This document shows, piece by piece, positions 38,995-48,102 of a stretch of 64,000 bases of DNA. The translations under genes were made by a program, and so were the position numbers. The number at the start of each line of letters is the position of its first letter. Position 1 is the stretch's first letter. The notes below the pieces were generated by a model that worked only from the letters and a program-made list of their open reading frames with translations, made no database searches and was not told the origin of the DNA. This DNA comes from Blastocatellia bacterium. GTDB taxonomy: Bacteria > Acidobacteriota > Blastocatellia > UBA7656. The DNA lies in assembly GCA_963765495.1 (NCBI GenBank), contig CAVXWP010000008.1:448001-512000 (forward strand), read 5' to 3'.

Positions 38995-41900
38995 TCAAGC
39001 CCCGTCACTCGTGCCTCTTACTGAGACTACTCGATCTGTAAACCCTTCAAAAGCATCATCGTGGCTGATGACAAATAGCTGGTCGAAATCCTTTATCCGG
39101 CCTATCTGCTGAGCCAGATTCCTCCGGCGTTCCTCATCCATATTCGTCGTCGGCTCATCAAAGAAAGCAACCCGCATATCTGATAATTCCTTTAACAATG
39201 CAAGACGGATAGACAGCGCTGCGGCCATCTGCTCACCACCTGAAAGACTTGCAAATGAACGCTCATGGCCGTCCTCTTCCTGCACGACTTCGTATCCCAT
39301 GTCCCATCTTAGTGATACCATAGGATTGCCGGTAATTTCCCTATAGAGTTGATTGGCCTCGATTGAAATAGATTGGAGATGGGCCTCGGTGATAAAGGGG
39401 CCGGCTTTTCGCAAGATGTCACGGATGAATTCTGAAATCGAGAGCAATTGTTTACTTTGCTCACTGCGAACGAGCAACGATTCCATGCGATCCCTGACTT
39501 CTTTGAGCCGGTCGATTTCAATCTTTAATTCCTCTAGCCTGCTGAGAACCGACTTCAACTCTGTCGAGATAGAGGCGACCCGGTTTATCAATTGTTCAAG
39601 ATCAACTGCCAGGGCTAAATGCTTTTCGTAGTTGTATTTTGATCTCTTAAGTTCCAACTCTTCATTAACTTTTTCCAATTCCGCCCGAAATGTTTCCAGC
39701 TTTTCGTCTACCTCAGCTAGTTCGGCCTCTCGGGGTATCAAGAGGGCAGATATCGGTTGATTTTCGATATAAGTGAGGTAATCCCTCTCGGATGCTGCGC
39801 GTCTCTCCCGCTCGCTGAAAATGGCGTCGTCCAGCCCCTGAAACTCCTCTATTCTCCCCTTTAATTCTGTGACGATTAACTCAAGACTGCGGGACTTGTT
39901 TTCATAGTCTTCGAGCAGGCTACGAACTTCCTTCTCCTTTTCAATAGCATGGTTTAGCATTCGAACCCGCCCTCGCGGATCATCGAGCTTTCTGAGTTCA
40001 ACCTCAAGAGTAACCATTTCGGTAGTAAGGCCGCTATGAGAATCTATACGGGCTTTTATCTCGGTCTGCGCGTTTCGTCTCTCCGTGCCTTCGATCTTTA
40101 ATCGATCCAACCGTTCACGCAGAGGGCCTACGGCTTCATACTTACCCCTCGCTTCTTGAGCCTGAATCAACTGGTCATTTACCAGATTGAGTGCCTCTTC
40201 AAGTTTGCCGACGATCCCTTCGGAAACCTTCGAATCCTTTATCTCACCCTCTATGCGTGCAGCATCCCTGCGATTTATTTCCAGATCTTCCCGAATGCGT
40301 CCCAATTGAACGCGCTTTGAATCAAGGGCCGATGCTATTTTGAGAGCCTTTCTGGCTTCAGCAAGCTGGCTTAAGACCGCCTTCTTTTTAACTTCAATAG
40401 CGGCAAGCCGGTCAAGCGCGGAACCAACCTGGACTTTAAAGTACTGATCCAACCCCTCCCCTTCTCTCATATTGAGGCAACGCTGGGCCAGTAGCGGGCA
40501 AAGACCATCTTTTACCTGCGAGAGAATCTCTTTTTCTCTTTTAATAATTTCCTTTACCGCCGCCACCTCTTCTGTAACGGTCTGGCTATCAGCTTCAAGC
40601 TGAGGAAGCTTTTCAGCCTGCTTCTCCGCATCTCCACCCAGATCAATCTCTCTTTCCAGTGTGTGGATTTCTCCCTCAAATCGTGAGATGACATCCCTCA
40701 ACCGGTTGTATTCCCGCTTCCGCTCGCCAAGCCTTTCGAGTGCCACTCGCATTTCTCTAAGTTCAACTTCTGAGGACACACGCTTCTTCTCAAGCAGGGG
40801 GACGCTTTCGGCAGACTCCCTGAGCTTCTCCGCCTCATCAATCTGTCTGGAGATTCCGGCAAATTCTTTCCTCAAGGTCTGCAATTCCTTCTCCCCGGCC
40901 TGATACCTCTCCTCAAGGGCCCCGAGATGGCCTAATAGCTTTTGGACATCGCTCCGTCGTGTTTCGAGCCGCTCCTGCTCGCCTATCAACGGCCGCAATC
41001 TCTCAATCTCGGTCTTATCAGCCTCTATTTGCTTGAGGTTATCCCTCGTCCCCTGAAGTGATGCTTCAATCTGATAGCCCTCGCGTTCCTTCTCGCTAAG
41101 CTCTTTCTTGATTATGTCTCTTTCTCTTAATCTGGGCTCAAGCTCTGTAATTCGTCTGGTAGAATCATTATAAGACTCATAACCGGATGTGGAGGCTTCT
41201 ACGGCTTCCTGCGCACGTCTTGCCCTATCCACATCCTTGCGGAGATTTTCCCGACGTGCGGCTATCTCCTCGAGACGAGATGAGAGGGCTGAGAATTCAC
41301 CTGTCAGCCGCTCGATATCTTTTTTCAACTGATCCTGGGTGAAGAGGTCCGCGCGAATCATCTCGCGTTGTGATTCAGCTACGGCCAGGTCGGTCTCGAG
41401 TTGCGTTCTCAAGGATTCGAACCGAACATTTTCGGAGACCAGCCCCTCCAGAGCGGCCAACTCCACTTCGACTCGCGCAATCTCTTCCCGCGTCTCGTAT
41501 TCTCTGGTCTCAACCAATCTGACAATCGAACGCAAGTCCTCTGAGGATCGTTGATATTCATCGACTCTCAGCACCTTGTCGAAGCTGACCTTTCTCCGAG
41601 CCGGTTGATCGGCGAAATCCACCGCAAAGGTACCCTGTGGAACTCCTATTGTAGAGGTGAAGAGAGATTTCAGATCCACCCCCGGCTCCACGCCGAGATG
41701 TTGTTTGATCCAGCCACTTACCTGACTCTTTTGTTCAACAAGCCTCATCTTTGTAATGGGGTCATAGATATAATATCCCGAGCCTGTGTCACGATAGACA
41801 GTATATTCCCTGCCGTCGATGGAAGAGACGAAGGTAACACGGACCGCCCCTTTTTTTGCGCCTCGGCGGAGGAAATCCTCTTTCTTATATGGCAGGTGGT

Positions 41901-42045
41901 CAAACAACGCCCAGGCGATGGCCTCAAGGATGGTCGTTTTCCCTGCTCCGTTCGGGCCGCTAATCGCTGTCACACCCGGACTAAACTCGAAGTCGCCCGT
42001 CTCATAGCTCTTTATGTTTTCAAGCTCAACTCTGGAAATCAGCAT
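38995..42045 (-). CDS. sbcC: SMC/Rad50-like ATPase SbcC
   Basis: Walker A GPNGAGKTT, Q-loop, long coiled coils with central CPLLAQRC, LSGGE signature, FFDEPT, ISH. Confidence 0.9.
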   Translation of the reverse strand: MLISRVELENIKSYETGDFEFSPGVTAISGPNGAGKTTILEAIAWALFDHLPYKKEDFLRRGAKKGAVRVTFVSSIDGREYTVYRDTGSGYYIYDPITKMRLVEQKSQVSGWIKQHLGVEPGVDLKSLFTSTIGVPQGTFAVDFADQPARRKVSFDKVLRVDEYQRSSEDLRSIVRLVETREYETREEIARVEVELAALEGLVSENVRFESLRTQLETDLAVAESQREMIRADLFTQDQLKKDIERLTGEFSALSSRLEEIAARRENLRKDVDRARRAQEAVEASTSGYESYNDSTRRITELEPRLRERDIIKKELSEKEREGYQIEASLQGTRDNLKQIEADKTEIERLRPLIGEQERLETRRSDVQKLLGHLGALEERYQAGEKELQTLRKEFAGISRQIDEAEKLRESAESVPLLEKKRVSSEVELREMRVALERLGERKREYNRLRDVISRFEGEIHTLEREIDLGGDAEKQAEKLPQLEADSQTVTEEVAAVKEIIKREKEILSQVKDGLCPLLAQRCLNMREGEGLDQYFKVQVGSALDRLAAIEVKKKAVLSQLAEARKALKIASALDSKRVQLGRIREDLEINRRDAARIEGEIKDSKVSEGIVGKLEEALNLVNDQLIQAQEARGKYEAVGPLRERLDRLKIEGTERRNAQTEIKARIDSHSGLTTEMVTLEVELRKLDDPRGRVRMLNHAIEKEKEVRSLLEDYENKSRSLELIVTELKGRIEEFQGLDDAIFSERERRAASERDYLTYIENQPISALLIPREAELAEVDEKLETFRAELEKVNEELELKRSKYNYEKHLALAVDLEQLINRVASISTELKSVLSRLEELKIEIDRLKEVRDRMESLLVRSEQSKQLLSISEFIRDILRKAGPFITEAHLQSISIEANQLYREITGNPMVSLRWDMGYEVVQEEDGHERSFASLSGGEQMAAALSIRLALLKELSDMRVAFFDEPTTNMDEERRRNLAQQIGRIKDFDQLFVISHDDAFEGFTDRVVSVRGTSDGA

Positions 42046-42197
42046 AGGTTCTCTGCTCGCTGTCAACTGGTGATTTTTCTGTGAGGATCAGTTAACTCAC
42101 ATTTGATTTTAACACGCACATTCTCTCATAAGAAATTGTCTTACTGTGCCTCAATGCGGGATTTGTGAATCAGGCCGATTTGGGATAGAGTGATGAA

Positions 42198-42482
42198 ATG
42201 GAAAAGCCGATAATTAGGGAATTCAAAGGTATTGAGGCTAGCACATCTCAATCTGTCGAGCTTGATAAGCGGAGCCAATATTATATATTCCCTGTGGATA
42301 CCATGGACCTTGAGCCGGGAGATGAAATCCTGGTCCTAGTTGAACAGGAGCCCCTTCTAGAGAAGGAGTCCTATGGTATCGTCTTCCGAATCACATCGAA
42401 ATCGACACCTGATGAAGATGAATTCGTATTGCAATATGGCGATAAGGTTTTAGTAGCTCAAAAGATGCCGGACTTCATCTGA
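42198..42482 (+). CDS. Hypothetical acidic protein (94 aa)
   Basis: ATG start, globular beta-rich composition, divergent from sbcC. Confidence 0.68.
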   Translation: MEKPIIREFKGIEASTSQSVELDKRSQYYIFPVDTMDLEPGDEILVLVEQEPLLEKESYGIVFRITSKSTPDEDEFVLQYGDKVLVAQKMPDFI

Positions 42483-42558
42483 TATTGATTCGCCACAACC
42501 CAGGAACAGATTGAAGCGATATAGACCGGGTTGATTTCAACAATAGTCATGTATAATA

Positions 42559-42646
42559 TCGGTTTCGAGGACCCCCTCAGAATTTAACCCGTTGTGGGGA
42601 CCTCTCTGGTTGCTTCCTCCTCACAAGGCGTATGGCTTCGAGCCGG
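42559..42646 (+). ncRNA. Candidate structured RNA / 5' leader
   Basis: Starts right after TATAAT (42552-42557). Outer stem TCGGTTTCGAGG/CTTCGAGCCGG, inner 9-bp stem TTGTGGGGA/TCCTCACAA, C/U-rich loops. Confidence 0.3.
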
Positions 42647-42677
42647 ATTGAATATAATTCTCAGGTTGGATTTATAG

Positions 42678-43100
42678 ATGTCTGTCATTCTGATCACGCT
42701 GACAGCGGTATTTATTGTAGCGATAGCTTTGCATCTGTATAAACGGAACAAGGAAGCTCAAGCCGTAAAAATGGCCGATAATGAGTACAATATTGCGATA
42801 ACTCTCTGGAACTATGCTCGGTTGATAAAGGGCCAGATTGAAGAGGCCGTTTTAAGAGGGTCGGGTGTAATAGATTTTTCAAAAATCGCTGTCCCCCATA
42901 GTCAGGGCTACAAGGTGTCGCTTGAGCTGATCGGCAACACTTTCCGAGTGTACGCGGTTCCGGTCAAATACAGCAAAACAGGGCGACTCTCTTTTTATAC
43001 GGACCAAACCCTGACAGTCAGGGCGTCCGATCATGCAGGTGAGCGAGCGACGGTCCAGGATTTGGAGTACGCCGGGACTCAGGGTGCAAAATCAGCATAG
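42678..43100 (+). CDS. Pilin-like protein (N-terminal TM, no class III signal peptide)
   Basis: Hydrophobic N-terminus. C-terminal GY....F.V.AVP..Y..TG..SFYTDQ...R..D resembles acidobacterial type IV pilin globular domains. Confidence 0.7.
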   Translation: MSVILITLTAVFIVAIALHLYKRNKEAQAVKMADNEYNIAITLWNYARLIKGQIEEAVLRGSGVIDFSKIAVPHSQGYKVSLELIGNTFRVYAVPVKYSKTGRLSFYTDQTLTVRASDHAGERATVQDLEYAGTQGAKSA

Positions 43101-43145
43101 GGGATTGATTGAGATTTGACCTCATTTGGAAGGAGCACCAGACAG

Positions 43146-43469
43146 GTGGGAAAATACCCGACTGATATTAAAGAATTGTTTTCAGGGTTACCGCAAAGAT
43201 TTCGAAGCGGAAAGACCGACAGACCTCTTATCTATTATTTCTCGATTGACGAAGAGAAATGGAGCGTATCGGTGGGGCCGGAGTCGTGTCAGGTGATCGA
43301 GGGGAAAACCACCGACGAGGCGGATTGTTTCCTCAAAACATCCAGAGAGATGTTCGACAAGACCGTCCGAGGCGATTACACCCCTACGATTATGGATTTC
43401 ATGACAGGCAAGATAAAGACCAATCGCCCCGAACTACTTTTGACCTTCAGGGACATTTTCGGAGATTGA
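43146..43469 (+). CDS. SCP2 sterol/lipid-binding domain protein
   Basis: YYFSI..EKW.V.V....C.V.EG....ADC..K, DF.TGKIK.N pattern. GTG start with RBS AGGAG. Confidence 0.8.
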   Translation: MGKYPTDIKELFSGLPQRFRSGKTDRPLIYYFSIDEEKWSVSVGPESCQVIEGKTTDEADCFLKTSREMFDKTVRGDYTPTIMDFMTGKIKTNRPELLLTFRDIFGD

Positions 43470-43480
43470 GAAACCGGACG

Positions 43481-45352
43481 ATGAGGCTGGGTGGGAATGA
43501 AAACAAAGCTCGACTCGCGATGGCTTTCTTCGTCCTCGCGTTGCTGCTCACCATTGGGCTGAGTCTGGCGCTTTATTCTCAGGCAAGGCAAGACCTGATA
43601 AATGAACGTCTGAAACGGGTCGAGTTAGAAGCCTCGCTCTTATCCACTCTACTTGGCGCAAATCAGGTGGATCGACCCGAAGTGCTGCTATTAGACTTCC
43701 TCCATCGCATCGGTTTTGAGGGTGCGGCAGCGCTCTTTTCAGAAAATGGCGAATTGATCGCCAAAGTCTCCACAATTGACCATGCACCCGAAATAAAATC
43801 TTATTCCTTGTCTCCGACACCCGACCGCGACGGGTCCACGGCTAACAGATATTCCAGTCCTCCCACCGCATCCCGACAGGAAAACGGCACCGACATTGTG
43901 GAGACATCAGTGGCAGGCGGACGTGTGCTGGTGCTGGCTCGCCGGTCTGATGATGATACATCCCCGGTTATATTCTATGTAGCAAGCTACCAGATCGTAG
44001 CCCTCGTTCTTGCCATAGGGCTTGTGTTGCTCATGATTCGATGGCTGCTTAGGCCCTATCATCGGATGGTAGAAGCCGCGCGAGGCAGTCCCGTGCTGGC
44101 GACCTCGACAATGAGCGAAGGTGAATTTGTCGTAGAGACTTTTCAGGCATTGATCGAGCAGTTGCACGACAAAGAACAGGAGCTTGAGCGCCTGCACGCT
44201 CTGGAAAGAAATCGAGCCGACCGAAGCGAGAAATTCAGCGAGCGCCTTGTAGCAAATATCCCGAGCGGTCTTGTTGCAATTGACGCGCGAGGGCTTGTCA
44301 CTTCGGTAAATATGCAGGCAAGCGAAATATTCGGTGTCACTTCCGTCCTTGGAGTTAGATATAACAAGGAGACAGGCAGTGGCGCGCTGCGGTCGCTTTC
44401 AGTTGACTATCACGCCTTCTTCAGGGCCGCGCCTCGTATGATCGAGATGATTTCGCAGTGCCTGGACGAGGGAACATCTTTCCGTCGAGGTGAAGCGGAG
44501 ATTACGGACCCCGACGGTCGGATCCGCCATCTTGGGCTAAGTATTTCTCCTATTGCCTACGGACAACAATCTGTAGAAGGCGCGCTCTGTCTTATGACCG
44601 ATCTGACTGAGGTCATTGAGTTGCGCGAGCGAATGAAGGCCCAGGAAAACCTTGCAAATCTTGGAGAGATGGCAGCCGGCCTCGCCCACGAGTTCAAGAA
44701 TTCGCTCGCCACTATTCAAGGATATGTCCAGTTGATTCAGGCTCAAACTGTTTCCGATCAATCGGTGGCGGTCTCAACCAGAACTCTCGACGCCACGCTG
44801 AATGAAGTCAGACTTCTTGGAAGACTTGTTACAGATTTTCTAAACTTCGCGAAACCACAACAATTGAACCTTGATCAGGTCAGCCTGGAAGAGATAATCC
44901 GGGAGTCGGTGGCCGAGACACTCCCAATACTCGAGGAGGCTGGTATCAAACTGAGATTGACTGGTGAATTCGCCAGTATACCGGGTGATGAATCTCTTTT
45001 GAGGCGCGCTTTCGTTAATCTAGTCAGGAATGCGGCCGAGGCCATAGACACTCAATCGGCAGACAAATTGATCGAGATAAGCGGTTCGACTGATAAAGGC
45101 ATCGGGCGGAGATTTGCGCACATCCGCGTGAGTGATACGGGTAGCGGTATCTCGCCTCAGGATTTAACGAGGATATTTATCCCCTTTTATACAACAAAGT
45201 CTCGAGGTTACGGGATTGGCCTGGCTATCGTTCAAAAAGTTTTCATAGCACACGGAGGAAGTGTTTCAATAGAACGAAGCGACGGCAATGGAACGATCTT
45301 TTCTTGTAAACTCCCCCTGTCGCACATCCAAAACACTGTGGAAGTTCAGTAA
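43481..45352 (+). CDS. Membrane PAS-domain sensor histidine kinase (PilS-like)
   Basis: Two TM helices, PAS, AHEFKNSL, NLVRNAAEA, DTGSG, FIPFYTTK, GYGIGL. Confidence 0.93.
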   Translation: MRLGGNENKARLAMAFFVLALLLTIGLSLALYSQARQDLINERLKRVELEASLLSTLLGANQVDRPEVLLLDFLHRIGFEGAAALFSENGELIAKVSTIDHAPEIKSYSLSPTPDRDGSTANRYSSPPTASRQENGTDIVETSVAGGRVLVLARRSDDDTSPVIFYVASYQIVALVLAIGLVLLMIRWLLRPYHRMVEAARGSPVLATSTMSEGEFVVETFQALIEQLHDKEQELERLHALERNRADRSEKFSERLVANIPSGLVAIDARGLVTSVNMQASEIFGVTSVLGVRYNKETGSGALRSLSVDYHAFFRAAPRMIEMISQCLDEGTSFRRGEAEITDPDGRIRHLGLSISPIAYGQQSVEGALCLMTDLTEVIELRERMKAQENLANLGEMAAGLAHEFKNSLATIQGYVQLIQAQTVSDQSVAVSTRTLDATLNEVRLLGRLVTDFLNFAKPQQLNLDQVSLEEIIRESVAETLPILEEAGIKLRLTGEFASIPGDESLLRRAFVNLVRNAAEAIDTQSADKLIEISGSTDKGIGRRFAHIRVSDTGSGISPQDLTRIFIPFYTTKSRGYGIGLAIVQKVFIAHGGSVSIERSDGNGTIFSCKLPLSHIQNTVEVQ

Positions 45353-45458
45353 CAGGCCGTAGATGAAAGTAACAGAATCTATCCCCCTCAAGTTTTTGTA
45401 ATTCCATCCTTTCGTTACAACTCTTATGATCAGGAGGTTTATATTTTCTCATCAATAT

Positions 45459-45474
45459 TGGCAGGGGACTTGCT
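45459..45474 (+). promoter_or_regulatory. Sigma-54 (-24/-12) promoter
   Basis: TGGCAGGGGACTTGCT (GG-N10-GC), about 47 nt upstream of the pilin-like gene. Confidence 0.75.
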
Positions 45475-45521
45475 TTAATAGGGGTGTTTCTTTTCGGCCT
45501 GCTCCCTGACTGGAGGATAAA

Positions 45522-45986
45522 TTGCGAGATCTATTCGAGCCAAAGGATCATACTCGAAATCAGAACGGCCTCGGCATTATGGAGGTCATAGTAGGAGTTC
45601 TGGTTACCTTGATCGTGTGCTCGATCGGGCTTCACCTCTTAAAGATTGGATACGAACTATATAAACTCAACTGGACTACGAGGGTTGTGGCTGAAAAGCT
45701 TGGCGTTGCCAGAGAACTGGCTCTTGGACAGAATCAGAGCTACACAGTGCTATTCGACAGCGTAAAGGGGCGATATGGCCTGGATCACAACTGCAATGGA
45801 AGGCTTGACAGCATTGAAGCGGAAGATTTGCCCACAGGCATTACTCTTTCAGAAGATACGAGCATAACCTTTTCGCGTACGGGCAGGCTCGTAAAAGGTT
45901 CTGAGGAACCAAAGATCATAATCAGCAATACCAGGAAATCACGCACTGTCAGCGTATCATCGCTTGGTGCAATTGATATTGAATAG
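45522..45986 (+). CDS. FimT/GspH-like minor pilin
   Basis: Prepilin-like QNG|LGIMEVIVGV (E at +5), AR..A motif, LP.G...ITF..TGR, V.VS..G.I.I. TTG start with RBS GGAGG. Confidence 0.8.
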   Translation: MRDLFEPKDHTRNQNGLGIMEVIVGVLVTLIVCSIGLHLLKIGYELYKLNWTTRVVAEKLGVARELALGQNQSYTVLFDSVKGRYGLDHNCNGRLDSIEAEDLPTGITLSEDTSITFSRTGRLVKGSEEPKIIISNTRKSRTVSVSSLGAIDIE

Positions 45987-46030
45987 TCTGTCGCTAGACT
46001 GCATGGATCAGGCCGGAGTTGTCTGATCCC

Positions 46031-46065
46031 CGCGAGCGGGAAAAATTCCCGCTCGCGATTTTTTT
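46031..46065 (+). terminator. Rho-independent terminator
   Basis: CGCGAGCGGGAA-AAA-TTCCCGCTCGCG followed by ATTTTTTT. Confidence 0.85.
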
Positions 46066-46116
46066 CGGTTGACTTTATACCTACCGAGTTTTCCCTCCTT
46101 CAATCTCACTGTTAGA

Positions 46117-46635
46117 ATGTCAGAGTCGGAAGTGGCGCTCAAGGACCAGGAGGCACAGATTACCATCGAAGAAAGAATCGAACCTGTTGACAAGGGTCTG
46201 GACAGGATTAGCAATATCCTTGATCAGGCGATAAGAATCCCCGGTACAAACATCAGAATCGGGCTTGATCCAATAATCGGATTTATCGCCCCTTTTGCCG
46301 GGGACTCTATAACTGCTTTGATGTCCGTTTACATTGTGATTGCTTCGATACGATACGGCCTGCCAAAAGGAGTCATAGCTCGAATGGTTTTCAATATCGG
46401 AGTCGATTACGCCCTGGGCAGTATTCCTGTCATCGGGGACATTTTTGATTTCGCCTGGAAGGCCAATACGATGAACATGAAGCTCCTGAACAAATATGGC
46501 TCCGGCGATAGACGATCAAGCTGGAGCGACTGGGCGTGGTTATTCATACTTCTTGGCGCGCTGGGAGCGCTCATCTTTGGGCTGGTGGCAATAACGATCT
46601 ATGCCATTCACGCCGTAGGAATGAAATTTATTTAA
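46117..46635 (+). CDS. DUF4112 domain membrane protein
   Basis: LD..IRIPGT..RIGLDPIIG, GD, IP..GD.FD..WKAN..N. Confidence 0.92.
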   Translation: MSESEVALKDQEAQITIEERIEPVDKGLDRISNILDQAIRIPGTNIRIGLDPIIGFIAPFAGDSITALMSVYIVIASIRYGLPKGVIARMVFNIGVDYALGSIPVIGDIFDFAWKANTMNMKLLNKYGSGDRRSSWSDWAWLFILLGALGALIFGLVAITIYAIHAVGMKFI

Positions 46636-46713
46636 GGAATAGAAGGTCACCTGTGACGCCTAACAACTCGCCACAGATTTAGGCGTTACATGATCTTTTG
46701 AAAGGCGAATTGA

Positions 46714-48081
46714 ATGTGCGATACGATGGTCGCAACAGGTGAGGTCACTACTGACGGTGCGGTCTGGTTTGGAAAGAACAGCGACCGTGAGCCGGGCGAG
46801 GCCCAGGTTGTTGATCATCTCCCGCGAGTTACAAACAGAGGCGCTGAACCGCTTCGCTGCACTCATATTGAAATTGATCAGGTCAAGGAAACAAATGAGG
46901 TTTTACTCAGTCGCCCCTTCTGGATGTGGGGCGCTGAGATGGGGGTAAACGAGCACGGCGTAGCTATCGGGAACGAAGCCGTTTTCACGCGATTGCCAGT
47001 GGCAAAGTCGGGTCTAACGGGGATGGACCTGTTGCGTCTCGCGCTTGAGCGCGCCACCTCCGCTCAGGAAGCACTCACAACAATAACACGATTGCTTGGT
47101 GAACACGGTCAGGGTGGGAGTTGCGGGTTTCGCCCCAAAGGATTTCGATACCACAATTCTTACATCATAGCCGACCCTAAAGAGGCATGGGTCCTTGAAA
47201 CCGCAGACAGATTCTGGGCAGCCGAGCGAGTAATCGGGGTTCGAACAATATCAAACGCGTTATCAATCGGCAAAAACTTCGATATGATTTCGCCCAATGC
47301 ATACCCGTTCGCGCGTAGCCGAAACTGGTGCAAATCAACCGAAGACTTTGACTTTGCCCGATGCTTTGGCGACCCTTTTTACAAGGCGCTGAGTGGCGCT
47401 GCTAAAAGAAGCTATTGCACTTTGAAGAAGCTAACTTCGGGGAAAGCCCTCATAGGTCGGGATGACTTTATCGCCGCCCTTCGTGACCACTCCGGCACTC
47501 CTCCCGCAAGAGGATGGAGAATGCAGATGCCCTGTTCGCACGCCTCCTGGTGGCCTGCCAGGACCTCCGGCCAGACTACGGGTTCCATGATCAGTCGGCT
47601 TTCCTCGGACGGCTCGGCCTCCTGGCTTACAGGCACATCTTCACCGTGTTTGAGCATCTTTAAGCCGGTAAGACTCGGGGGCGAGGTCTTTTCTTCGGGT
47701 CCGAGGCCCTCGGACGGGTATGATCCCGATAGCCTGTTCTGGCGTCACGAGCGATTGCATCGCCTGATAGTTCGCGATTATCAGCGACTCAAGCCTTTTA
47801 TTGAAGCTGAAAGGGCCAGCCTCGAAGTAAGTATCCTTAAAGACAGGTATACCATGCCGGAGCAAGCATTTGTTGAATCCGCCTGGAATGAACATCGGGA
47901 GGTTCTACAGGAGTGGATAAAGAGAGTCGAATCAGAGGCGATTCGAAATCGAGGGGTGTCTCTGTTTAATCGGTTCTGGGCCGCACAGGATAAAATTGAT
48001 CGTATTCCTCAACACGTTCGATTTAAGAAGGAAGGCAAAGACAAAATAGGCGGTTCGAGGGAACTTACCATGCGAGAATGA
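46714..48081 (+). CDS. C69 family dipeptidase (secernin-like Ntn hydrolase)
   Basis: N-terminal nucleophile MCDT, KNSDREP.E, WMWGAEMG.NE.GV.IGNEA, GMDLLRLALER. Confidence 0.93.
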   Translation: MCDTMVATGEVTTDGAVWFGKNSDREPGEAQVVDHLPRVTNRGAEPLRCTHIEIDQVKETNEVLLSRPFWMWGAEMGVNEHGVAIGNEAVFTRLPVAKSGLTGMDLLRLALERATSAQEALTTITRLLGEHGQGGSCGFRPKGFRYHNSYIIADPKEAWVLETADRFWAAERVIGVRTISNALSIGKNFDMISPNAYPFARSRNWCKSTEDFDFARCFGDPFYKALSGAAKRSYCTLKKLTSGKALIGRDDFIAALRDHSGTPPARGWRMQMPCSHASWWPARTSGQTTGSMISRLSSDGSASWLTGTSSPCLSIFKPVRLGGEVFSSGPRPSDGYDPDSLFWRHERLHRLIVRDYQRLKPFIEAERASLEVSILKDRYTMPEQAFVESAWNEHREVLQEWIKRVESEAIRNRGVSLFNRFWAAQDKIDRIPQHVRFKKEGKDKIGGSRELTMRE

Positions 48082-48102
48082 AGCGGTGATTTCCTGCCCA
48101 GG

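Noticed and set aside
42600-42630. SRP RNA on the minus strand (GGAAGCAACC)
   Set aside because: Lacks the CAGG partner and GNRA-capped helix of domain IV.
43259-43480. N-terminal extension of the histidine kinase ORF
   Set aside because: Overlaps the SCP2 gene in another frame. ATG 43481 gives a normal TM start.
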